DNA of 64,000 bases from Amoeboaphelidium protococcarum X5 (taxonomy: Eukaryota > Fungi > Aphelidiomycota): assembly GCA_023515725.1 (NCBI GenBank), contig JALDTO010000215.1, positions 211,053 through 275,052 of the forward strand, written 5' to 3'. The translations under genes were made by a program, and so were the position numbers. The notes under the pieces are model-generated. The model saw only the letters and a list, made by a program, of their open reading frames with translations, searched no databases and was not told the origin of the DNA. Shown here one piece after another: positions 13,830 to 25,780 of the stretch (positions are counted from its first letter, which is position 1; the number at the start of each line of letters is the position of its first letter).

Positions 13830-14160
13830 CTTCATTCATTCCTCTGCATATACTGTTCAGCGAGTTCAGTCGATTTATTTTGATAGGACCATCATCCAAG
13901 TTAACTAGGCGTTCGAGTGCCTAAGCGTGACAAATGCTCAAAGCATATGCCAAATCATAGCGATTACTGTACTTCGTAGATAATTTAAGTCATTGTTCAA
14001 CTCCAAATATCCAAACTAAGAATCTGGGCAAAATGTCCAGAAGCTTTGCTTCGTCAGTAGTTGAACGCTTTTCTCAGGTAATCAACACGGGATTCTGTAT
14101 CTTAGTGTGAAAGTAAAAATTTATATTATTTCGATACATAGAAATCAGTTCATAGGCAAG
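13830..14160 (-). repeat. Diverged, truncated tandem duplicate of the 3' part of 12787-13160
   Basis: Shared blocks: ATACTGTTCAGCGAGTTCA, GGACCATCATCCAA, GTTCGAGTGCCTA, AAAATGTCCAGAA, TAATCAACACGGGATT, AAATCAGTTCATA.GCAAG; indels break the frame. Confidence 0.8.
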
Positions 14161-14335
14161 TTTTGTACCTGTAGTTGTTTTTCGAAAGGAGAAAAGAAAC
14201 AACCTGAGAGAGAGAGGTCGCGTCACTTGGCTGTTTCACAAAGTTTTGATCAGATTAATCTCTAAAGTGAAACGTATACAATAGAATAGCAGTCCAACGC
14301 AGCGCTGGCCAATATGATTTACGTTACAACAATAA

Positions 14336-16284
14336 TCACTGTATTATGGTAGTCAGTCCAACACTATCTAACACGCGATAATCCAGTCGGCGAATACTCT
14401 CAAATGGACGTGATCCATCTGAGGTCTACATTAACTGTACATCAGACAATGCAGTAGCAATCAAAGATGGATCTTCTACTGCAGCATCAGATGCCATCAA
14501 TAACAACACTCCACCCCCTACACACACAAAGAGAATTATTAAAATGACATATAGATTTCAGATATGAAGTAAGAAACAGTACCCATTGCTCCAGAATATG
14601 AGCCTCCGTAAATAAGTCCCATTTCAAGTAGTTGATTGACTGGATGAAGCAGTACCTGACCATCATGTGGCGTATCAAACTTTGACTTTAATGCATTAGG
14701 ATCAATGATTTAGCGTAAGTTCATATACTACAATAGTAGCTTGCCCATTTACTACCAATTAGCTTAACGCAAAGCATTGACAATTTATTCGTGCACAAAT
14801 ATACTCTACTCTATTGCCTCATACGCTTTGGAATTGGTAGATTCTTGAGAACCAGCTTCAATCGTCGGACCCAGAAGATATGCCAAATGTCTCATATTTA
14901 ATCCTCGTTGTAAACCATCGCCAGTACTTCTCTAAATACCTGTATCAACAATAATAAGTCTATTTGTTAATTCGAACACGTCTAAATCAATCTGTTCATG
15001 TTATATCAACTATCTGTCAATTGCATAATTTTAGTCAAAGAATACTGGCCCATATTACCAGGAATTTAATCCATGACCATATAGAGGCGCATCAATATCT
15101 TGTCTACCACTCTTTAAACCAATGGTATTCTCAAATAGCCAGACAATAAGACCAAACTACTAACGATTAAGATCACAATCTAAATCCATCATAAACTAAA
15201 GATACTGGCAACATTTTGGAATAAATTGCATAAATAGTCTAAGCAGAGAGTTTAACAAATTTAGTGACACTGCACTAGATGAAGCAAATCCAGATCTAGA
15301 GGGTCCTTTATTCACGATACTGATGTGCATAACGCGCTGTTAAAATTCAGTATTAACGGATCCTATTGACAAGTCAATCAAACCAAACAGTTTACCATCA
15401 AAGTAGCCACAGAAATGCAAAGCCTCGTATACTAACCAGAATCGATCAGATCTATCGTATCTCCTTGACTTGATGGACTCCAAATCTTATGAAGAGATGA
15501 AAATACTTTTACACTACAGATCAACGGATTCCATTCGGTCAGTAGATTCAATTAGTAGACCACCATCATACTCAATGCCATCATTGATCATGGAAGAAGA
15601 GGCTAACAGTTCAGCGGATACTTCAACAGCAAATGAGTCATCATCAAAAGCAACAGAAGCGTTTAGAGCACGGCCACCTGTAGTAGACAGTGTGCTGAAC
15701 GTGTAATTATCGCTAGCATTAGCACTCGACAATGCCAGTCTCATTCCACTCTTACTGGTCACGCCCTGACACTTGCTGCTCTGATCACCAGAGGATTTAT
15801 TATTAAATACATCTTTTACGTCAGTATTCTCAATTTCTCTGTGTAGAAACTAGGATAATAGATTTTTAGCATGATTAATTTCAATTTGAGTTGAACTTTG
15901 TACTGCATTAGACAGCGCATACCAATAAATGCTGTCATTAACTCCTAACCACTTGACATTATCCCAATGAGCCTTTTAACATAATAAGGAAGCCTTTGCC
16001 AGGTCCTATATGTCTGAAACATTATTAAAACTAGCAAGTGTCATCCCTTACAATATATAATACTTTTAACTCTTACGTGTCCAATGATCAAAGACATTTC
16101 CAGTGAGAAAGAGAAATTCTTGAAATTGTTTCAGGCGATTTGATCGACGCGCGTCACATTCCGATCCATGAAAATATCGATAGAGTATGGCAGTAACAAT
16201 ATAGAAGCTTTGTACTGTCACTGAGTCATATTGAGTATGAATAAGTTTTAGTCTGAGACAAAAACTCGCATTTAATATATTCAT
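14336..16284 (-). CDS. GHMP-superfamily sugar kinase (fucokinase/HddA-like), divergent; intron 14518..14582
   Basis: GPSRSGFASSSA (GHMP motif II), GLKSGRQD, LIIVDTGIQRS, and GAMGGGVLLL (motif III, restored by the intron). Start uncertain. Confidence 0.75.
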
Positions 16285-16297
16285 AATCCATGAAGCA

Positions 16298-17767
16298 TCA
16301 ATTAGTTACTGTGACTTCAATTTCAATAAATTGACCATTGCCTAATGTTAGATTATCGCTAATGACCACAGTGAAGCTTCTAACAGACGCACCAACCAAC
16401 TCAGAGACTGCCTTCTCCAGATTAGGACGCGTACTTTCCTCTAGGAATGAAGGGGAACTCAAGTACAAACTAATGCTCTTGCCATCAGTCGTGACTGCCG
16501 TGTAAGACGGTCTCTTTAGTTTCACCAGTCTCGCCTGAAAGATCTAATCTCTGAGTTAATCAATCATATCCTGTAATTTCAGCCGACCATTTGTGTAATC
16601 AGACTCATCGATTTTCAAATTTAGTGGCTATTATATACTACTTAGCATTGCTTTAGATGCTTCTTCGGAACATACTGGACAATCATCAAGCTACTCATAC
16701 CTCAACGCCAAACTGTATATACCTTAATCGATGGAATCCCCAATAGTTAGCACGAAATCATTGACATCTGGCACGAATCTGCTACTAGTGTCCATATCAT
16801 CTTCTTTAAATGTGGACAAGGCCAGTGGACTTGCGACCCCAGTTATGATTTTCAAAGCTTCATTTACAACTGCAGCACCAATGTAAGCGTTAGTTCCCGC
16901 AATCGCTGGCACAATATTCTTCAACACGGCCATACATAGCTGATACGTAACACCTGGAATCTGAAAGACGCTAGCCCTTTCAGCCGCAGTGTCATATATC
17001 CACTTCATATGAGCAGGATTGTCAGTATCAAAGAGCACACCTGCACCAAACGGACTCTCCTTCTCCCACTGGATCACACTAGCCCATTCAATGCAATGCT
17101 CCGGTAGACGTGGAGTATTTGCTATCGTACAAATTGGGAATGCCTTACGCTCCGTATTGTTCATAGCAAGTGTACATTCATAGCAAGCTGTCATTCCAGG
17201 CAATATGACTCTAATCTAGCCTTTGAGACCTTCCGTACCACCATCAATCAGTGGTATCATACTAACATCCGACTCAAGATCCTCTTATTCTGTATCTTCA
17301 TTCTTCCTCTTTAAAGAGCCAAAATAAATCTGATGGATAGTCCTGTTAATCCAACGCCTGGCTTCAATACTATCCAATCCACACATGATCAGAGCAAATT
17401 AAGAATACCATGATACTGCGAAATCTTCTATGCGACAATTATGGGCGCGTATTTCCAAGTCCTTCATATGGGAGTAACGTTACTTTATAAACTTGGCTGC
17501 AGTCTCAGCTTTGCTCTTACCAATGTCCTACTTACGAAACAGGAACTGTCTGTTCAAATTACTAACATCAATAGTGTCCATGTCTATGATATCAATCTAC
17601 CGGAAGCCCATAAGAGGAGCAGATTTCAACATTTCACATCCAATACCACCAGCCCCAATGATAAGCACTCGCGAACTCTTTACTATATCAGCATACGGTA
17701 CATCCTACAGTGGTTCAAAGTTGGCCAACTACGATCTCCTTTAGTACAATTATTCTAAAGTGAGCAT
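16298..17767 (-). CDS. UBA3: NEDD8-activating enzyme E1 catalytic subunit
   Basis: VLIIGAGGIGCE, DMDTIDVSNLNRQFLFR, FPICTIANTPRLPEHCIEWA, C-terminal E2-binding LKRPS…PNLEK. Confidence 0.95.
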
Positions 17768-18192
17768 AATCAGTGCAACTAATCTTATTCACTTGATAAA
17801 GAACTAAGAAGAGATAATAATTAAACAGCTAACTAAATGGTGTGTAATTAATTTCTTGGAGAAAGGATCAATCTTCTTTGACCTTTGAGACAGAGTTGCC
17901 GAAACTGAACGCTATTAAGACTTTGTGTGTATTTTGACGCGCGTGTATTCAAAACGTGCAGGACTTACAGTACTGTAGTACGCTTTGGATGGGTGAATGC
18001 GCTCGCTCTTTTGTGCCCCTTAAAAACTGCTGCAGAGAGACATTCTCGTCGCCACCTTTATATCATTTACAGGTACGAATTTTATATTTAAATTCCGTTA
18101 CATATCGCTGGCTTGGTGAATATCTGACACCTATACCTGACTGAATAAGAATAGTTTAACTAAGTATCTCGACCTCCCATTCATAATAGTAT

Positions 18193-19215
18193 ATGAAGAA
18201 GGCTAATAAATCAGTCGGAAAAGCTGAGGAGATGGACAGCTCTAACAGATAAATTAGAGTGTACTGTGACGGTATTTATGACTTGTTTCATTATGGACAT
18301 GCTAGACAGCTGCGATAAGCCAAGATGGCATTCAAAGAATATGATTTGTCCGGTATTAATCCAGTGTATCACCCTCTGTTTGAGTAGAATAAGGATCGCG
18401 ACGTGTACCTGATTGTGGGTGTGTGCTCAGACGCTGATACACTTCTGCACAAGGGCAGGACTGTGATGAATCATGAAGAGAGAGCAGAGTCTTTGAGGCA
18501 CTGTAGGTATGTTGACGAAGTGGTTGAGAATGCGCCGTGGGTAATCAATTAGGAGTTTATTGATCTGCATCGAATCGATTTCGTCGCTCATGATGATCTT
18601 CCTTACACCTCTGCCACACATGATGATGTTTATGCTTTTGTGAAGGAGAGCAACAGATTCTTACCCACGCAGAGAACTGAAGGGATATCCACCAGCGATC
18701 TCATTACGCGTATTGTTAAAGATTACGACGTGTATGTCAGACGTAATTTGGCCCGTGGTATCGACAGAAAGGAACTTGGACTTAGCTCGCTTGGCGTCCA
18801 AGGTGTTAAGCTGTGGGGTCTATACCGTGAAGCGGAAGATATTGTAAAAAAGAATTGGACCAGTACTAAAGATGAAGTCTTTCCAAAGCATGCTGATGGA
18901 TCGAGAGATTTAATCAATGGCTTCTTGCACATGTTTGACATTCTCGGTCGTGATCGGAGTATTAATAGTGCTAAAAGATCTCAGAGCAGTAGTGGCGGAG
19001 GTGTTGTAGGATTTTTACGTCGTGCAGTTAGCCCAGCCTTTGTCGATGGTGATGAAGACTTGCTGCGGCAAACTAATAATGATCAGTACAATGCCGCTAC
19101 ACGTATACCTTTTACTGTCAATGGTAAGAATGATATGGATGACAAAGCAGAAGATGATACTGACATGGATGCGAAAGTGGTAAAGAAGAAACCCAAACGG
19201 AGTAGAAACAATTGA
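18193..19215 (+). CDS. PCT1: Choline-phosphate cytidylyltransferase
   Basis: [66 protein letters not shown]. Confidence 0.95.
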
Positions 19216-19222
19216 ATTTTTA

Positions 19223-20103
19223 TCATAGTTTTTAAATGGCATATCTCAATTTCGGTGGTAAATCTATACTTTTCAACACTTCGGCCAGCGATGGAAGCGC
19301 CTATCGATGACTATCAACGTCCTCGACAGGACTTGGCAAAGATGGAGTTGACGCGATGGACAATCTCCTCTTTTTTAGAGGTAGCGACTCATCGTTATGG
19401 CTTGACCGCTCAGTAGAATGGGACGATGGAGTCTCGTCTGAACGACTTCTTGTCAACGGCTAACTGCCCAATGATAGCGATGATTGTTGGGTGGATACAT
19501 TCTAGAGTTCACGCGATAGTTACACGTTAGCTAGATGCGGATCTTCACAAGGACGTGGAAATCTCGGACTATCAATATCTTCTACAGAGCAGTAAGCCAC
19601 CAGATTGTAAGATGCACCATTGACCATTATAGACAGCGTTTTCTTTATAAGACCATTCTCTTTCAAATAGAATACTCCCTTCTAACTAGCAAACACGCCA
19701 GTATTCTGCGAATGCTCAGACTTAGTTAGCCTAATGGTGGAGTTGAAATGCAAATCAGTGGGCGTGCATTATCGCTTCTCCTCAGCCTCTTTGTAGATAA
19801 GAAATGGTCCTACACATGCATAAAGCCACGATATAATATCGATATTTAACAAAGATAATAGTAAAAAACTCACTTACCGGCAATTCTAGAAGGACTCCAT
19901 AGCTTTCCATCAGTCCATCGCATAATCTTTGACTCATGCTTGTTGTATACGAATACATCGCCGGAGGATATTTGCGATCGCTGTAAAGCTGTCAATCGCC
20001 ATGAAACAACGGGGATCGTCCCGTCGATCGCTGCCTGTATGAGAATGGCTGCATCATTGGCATCCTGGACGCGGCCTTTATATGTCTAGAAATTGTTAGG
20101 CAT
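19223..20103 (-). CDS. Gti1/Pac2 (WOPR) family transcription factor; intron 19810..19877
   Basis: WOPRa TYKGRVQDANDAAILIQAA.DG…SGDVFVY…RWTDGKLWSPSRIAG|PFLIYKE; WOPRb GLIKKTLSI…NLVAY. Confidence 0.9.
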
Positions 20104-20732
20104 CAGATATGTCTTTAGATTAGTTACTGTAAAATCTAGCGGTGAAGAAAGGGGGGTATGAGAGTTAATTTATGCTTTTTGGAAACTGTGTGTATGCCAT
20201 GTTGATCCGCGATCGGGACCGTTGTCAATTCACAAACTGCGGAGTGAAACGCGGGGCTTTACAAAGATACTGATTGATGGAGTTGATCATATAAAGAAGA
20301 GATCTTGAAGCACAAAGTATGTGATGCTTCTGCCTCTACAGATAGAGTGTTTTGTGAATAGTGCTTATCTTCAGTCATAGCAAGTTTGGAGATTCTGTAC
20401 TCTGGTCTTTTACATCGCGGAGTAATATTCGTGAAAATACAATTTGGATTATTTTGGAGGTGATTTCAGTTATAAATTAATGTTGAAAATCCATCATGGT
20501 ATGGTGGCTTAAAGATCTGCAATGATTTTCCTTTGGATGATCTGAGTCTTTGGTGTTAATAAAGATCCAATCAAAAACTGCTGTCATTCAAACTATCGAA
20601 TTCCGGAGCTATTTAGCAAACCGCAACTTCGGTTGAGTGTGATATGAACTTCTTCGTTGGATGTCTCCTGGGCATATTAGCGATTCTTAGTACAATCAGC
20701 TGCAAATTTGAAATTTTCATAGAGGAACAATT

Positions 20733-21641
20733 ATGAGTTCACCATAGTATGAATGGATGACATGGGTGTCTGCTGCTCTTATATTCGTTGTGGTGTGCAA
20801 TTTTGCGCGCTTTGGTATCATGCGCCAGAAATAAAAATAGTCAGGATAACCACGCTCTTCATAGCAGAATCGTTAGGACCAATTAGTTGTTGTTATTCAC
20901 TTACTGTATAGTGTATGCATGTTAACTGGTGGATTGTATCACTCATCTGCAAAGGCTGCCATCGTCTATCAAGCCGCGTATTTGGTATCATTTGTTGGTG
21001 CTTATGGATGCTTGCTTAATTATATTGTATTGCGATCTAGATAATTTATTGATGGCTCCTAATTCGAATGCCTTTTTGATAGGAATTTGGACTTGTTGCC
21101 TATTATCGCATCTATTTGGATCTTGTCTGGTATTTTGAAGGATCTATATCGAGATAAAGTGTATCTCTTCGCGATATCTTGTCTCTTAATGGCATTAGCT
21201 TGCTTATTTATAGGTAATTTGTACCTTATACTTTTGGTTTAGATTAACAGCTGCATGCAGTCGGATTAGTTATCAAAGTCATAATAATCACTTGTTAACC
21301 AAGTGGACCACAGATGCGCTCAGTATATGCGCGCCATTCTTAGTACAACCGCTATTACTACCATCAGCGCCATGTTGGTTGAGATTAATCTTCCTCTAGC
21401 TGCATCCTGCGCGTGCTTGATCATCTCTAATTTCTCATTTATCTCAAGTTTGATCTTAATTGTCATTATGGAATAGCAGACACCGAATCAAGTTGTAATT
21501 CATGGTAAAACAACGACAGACTATTCTGCTGTCATGTCAACCAACCAAGTCGCGTCTAATGTTATCTCAGAGCCCACAAGTACTCCCGCTGGAACTTCTA
21601 CATTGATCAGACCAAAAGCATAAAGTGATGAAGTAGTATGA
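20733..21641 (+). CDS. Orphan seven-transmembrane (GPCR-like) protein (~302 aa)
   Basis: Intact table-6 ORF with seven ~20-aa hydrophobic segments and a Ser/Thr-rich C-terminal tail. Confidence 0.7.
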
Positions 21642-21720
21642 AATTGAATAAAAAGTTTATATTGATGCCACGTTTTCAATATATCATTAATTCATACGCT
21701 TTTAGAATACACTTAAGCAA

Positions 21721-24700
21721 TCAACCGCGATGAGCAGTCCAAGACGACGGCATATTACTGGTGGATGATGAAGAGCTAGTCGACTAAGTATTTCCGAATA
21801 TACTTGGCTTGCTTTGAGCTGCAGCTCCAAAGAGACTTCCTCCACCCTGACCAGTTGAAGTCTACTGCGTATTAAAGCCACCGAAACCGCCAGTCTATTA
21901 GGCTTAACTGTTATTCACCCCACCGGCGGTAGAAAAAGCAGACTGACCAAACACTCCTACATTTTACTACGGCGAAGCAACAGAGCCAAACTTTGGCATA
22001 TTAGAAGCCATCTGGCTAAAGCCAGTTTAGCCGAATGAACTTTACTACTGATTTGATTACTGGCTCTACTAGGTAGCAAATGATGGTTATCCAAATCCTG
22101 AAGTACTGAAAGCAGACTACCCAAACGGAGGAGGAGCAGGAGTCTGAAAAGAATTTTATCCAAATGCAGGTGTACCAAACGGTGGTGTACCAACCTATGA
22201 AGTTTTCTACTACTACTGATTATCACCAAAGGGAGTACTAGCAAAGGCAGTAGAAGCGTTTTGATTCTACGACTATTGCTCGGTACCAAAAGCAAAAGCA
22301 GAAGCCTTCAATGGAGTCTAAAATGGAAGGCCAAAAGATTGATTAAAGTTTGACGCACCAAAGTTCACGGGTGATTAATTGGCTTAAAAGGTAGCCACCT
22401 GTTATGGCTCTTCTGCATCAGACATCAAATTATCATCATCTTATGCCACTGCTTAATCGTTCTTCGAAGGCAACACTTCAATTGCATCACCAACAACAGA
22501 TTCGTTCACACTCTCATCGGCATTCTAACTTCCATCAGCATCCATAGACTCTTAGAATCCACCAAACGAGAATGTTTACTGTTACGGTTGCTCATCTTGA
22601 ACCTATGACACTTCTCCCTCCTCAGATGAGCTAATTTATTAAGCATCTTGCTCTTATGCCGCAGTTGACTCCACTGCCTGAGTCAAAGTCTCCTGATCAT
22701 CTTCTCCCTGAGGCTTATCAGCACCTAGGACTTCTTCATCATCAGCATCTACATCCTGGCCTCCTTCTGACGATATTTCAGATTTTTCAGATGCTTTACT
22801 CTCTAATTCATCTGTATCACCATTCTCTTCCTAAGATGCCACCTCAGGAGCATTCAACTTAATATCTTCTTTCTTGGTAGGGGATTACAGCGCGGAAGTT
22901 GAACTGCCAAAACTAAACAGAGACGGCGAATTAGATACTTTAGGCTTTTCTGCTTATCCAAATGATTAACCAACGGAAAATAGAGGCTTATCAGGAACTG
23001 CAGGCTGCTATTGTTACTCTTCTTTTTGCTTACTACCAAAGAAGCTAAATGGTGACTTTACTGCGGGTTAAGGACTAGGAGAAGCTGCAACCTCTTTAGC
23101 AAAGTCAGAAGACTTGGTCGACGAGCCAAAGGCGCCAAATAGATTCTAAATCGCTGGTTTTACAGGAGAAGCAGCAATAGAATCCTCCTTCTTCACAGTA
23201 GTTTTTTAACTATCCACATTTGCTAATGAAGGCAACTATTTTGACTGGTCAAATGAAGGCACAACGCTTGGCAAAGGCTTAGATGCTACAGCTCTATCCA
23301 TCTTGTCGCTTTTACGATCATTCTCAACCTCCACCACCTTTGCAATGACTGGCTTATCCCTTAACTTGCGCAGTAACTCAAGCCGACACCTAATATTCTA
23401 AAGACTCTGCACAGGCTGCAAGTGATCAAACTTGATCTCACGTGGATAAAAATCGCCACTCTTAGCTAGTCTCCGCAATCTAGAGAAATCAGCATTTGGC
23501 TTTGAGCCAGAGTCTTTTGAGTCAACGTGAAATAAATCAGTCGAAAGATCTAAATCATTATCTTCCAAATTTAATCTTCTCATACAAGTATCGATCTGGC
23601 TCTGTAATTTGGAAATGGCATCAGTCTTGGCAGCAGCGGCAACACTCAAATTCTTGATAGTCTATAGAATAGCCTGCGTGGATTCACTGCCATTCTAAGC
23701 ATTCTCCTTCTCAGAACTTTCGTCATCATCATCATTAAACTATAGCTTTTAGCTATTTATCAAGGAGAGCACTGATTTTAACTGCTCAATTTTAGTCTTG
23801 ACATCTTCAGCTTCTTTCAAAACTTTATCGTGAATCGAAGATTACTCCGGGCTTAGGCTGTTCTCGTGAGCAAACTTGGCGAATTTATTTTACGTTACAG
23901 AGTGCTTCAATTATCGTTCAATCTGATCCACTCTTAACTAGCACAATATCATTTCCTCCCTCATAGATTACAGTGGATCACCATACTGCTCAATGTCGTG
24001 TTAAATTCTCTTTTAAAACTCTAATCTTTGCTGACAGTCCTTATCTTAATTGGATAAGCCCTTTTTAAAGTCTTGGCTGCAAACTTGTTCAGTATTCTTC
24101 AAACTCTGATCAAGCTGAGACTTCATATAACTCAACCCGTTCTTAATCATAGCAGCCGTGTAGTTGATAGGCTCAATAAACTCGACTGGGCCATTAAATA
24201 CCACTTTGACAAACTCGCTATTCTACACTTGATCAATCGTTGATGAAGCGGCACTCTTCTAAATCTTAAATTAAGACTTTGCATAGTGATCAACAGCATC
24301 AGGCAAAGTCATGTCAGTATTTTGACAAACCACCTTGTAAGCAAGCATGATGTTAGTTTCAGTAAGAACATATACAATAGGCAGCTTGCGCCAGCTGACA
24401 CTCTCCACATCTTCCAGCTCTTCTTCGCTCCATTCCAGATTACCATCGCCCTTTGGAGGCAATAGCACCGCAACAGCCAGACATGACACGTCAATAACTT
24501 CATCAGTGACAGGCATCTCAATCCTGGCGGTCTCATCTAAATCGATCAATTTCAGTCCTCCGCTATGAAGATCATTCAATACGACAGGCACGTCATTACT
24601 TCCTGTAAATCCACAGAATAATAGTGATGTATCTTCATTTAAGCACAAACTCTGGACATGAGACTCCATAGGATTAGTCAAGTCTGGATGCGCCCAATAC

Positions 24701-25410
24701 AAATCTTCTCCAATCTCCGTAAATGTCAACTCTTTTGTGGAGTATAGCCCAAATTTCAACTCTAAATCTCCATCATTCTGAAAATACGAGAGCAAGTAAC
24801 CATAAGCCGTCTAGATTATATTCTCCACTTGGAAGCAGTGCAGAATCTCGCCATAATCTTCTTTCAACTAGCACTTTCCATCTGTAATTTGATACTCTTT
24901 CAATTCATTATTAGCTGTCATCAATGCAAGGATTGACTGTTTAATGCGGACAGTCCACTTCACAACCTTATCATCAATCCCCTTAAACGGATGCAATTTT
25001 AATGACTTTGATACGTATAAAAACTCTTTAGCAGTATGAATAACTGTCATGCTGGACATAGAAAAGACTTCTTATATACCACGAACCGCATGTTTAACCT
25101 TCAACTCTAGAGACGCAGAAGAGTATAGGAATAGTTCTTTCTCAGTCCATACGATGAGCAAATCAAGATCATCACTGAACTTACACGCAGCATTGACATG
25201 TGGAAGCTCAATAATTTTCTCATCCAACAACACTGGTTCTTCCTCAGCTCCTACTGATTCAAAAGGCTACAATACAACCGCATCCATCTAGCATACAGCC
25301 AACAAGCCATACTTGCTACTCACACCCAGTATAGAATCAGACTATCGAGATTGTGAGAGAGAGACTTCACATTGTCCACACTGTATTAATTTCAACTCTA
25401 AATCTGCCAT
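21721..25410 (-). CDS. NUP159: FG nucleoporin Nup159/Nup214-like (N-terminal beta-propeller, coiled coil, FG repeats)
   Basis: GVSSKYGLLAV propeller start; central coiled coil; many xxFG repeats (PFG, AFG, SFG, GFG) to the C-terminus; one 3.69-kb frame. Confidence 0.85.
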
Positions 25411-25780
25411 TTACACTTGACCTTGATCTTGTGATTACAAAGTAGAATTAAATATAAAATCAGAGAGATTGAGAGACAACCTGAATGAGAGAATGATGTA
25501 AGGGACAAAGTTTCGAGAGTGGTCTGAAGAACGAGAGCGAAAGCGCGTCAAATAGCACTGGGAGAGAAAGGGAGAGACAGAGCGTTCGTAATAGCAATTA
25601 TAGTAGTACGATAGAAACACATGAAGCGCGTTTCAAAATACAGACGATTTGCTTTGGTGTGAAGATGAAAACGGAAATTCAGTAGAATAATACATGCATT
25701 CAATATTTCCGATTCATTACATTCAATTTCATAGAGTATTTTGGCATAATGGCTCATGCATCATTCGAACATTGATTCAT

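Noticed and set aside
20277-20700. Possible small gene between the WOPR and 7TM genes
   Set aside because: All plus-strand frames examined hit TGA quickly and no convincing splice model was found.
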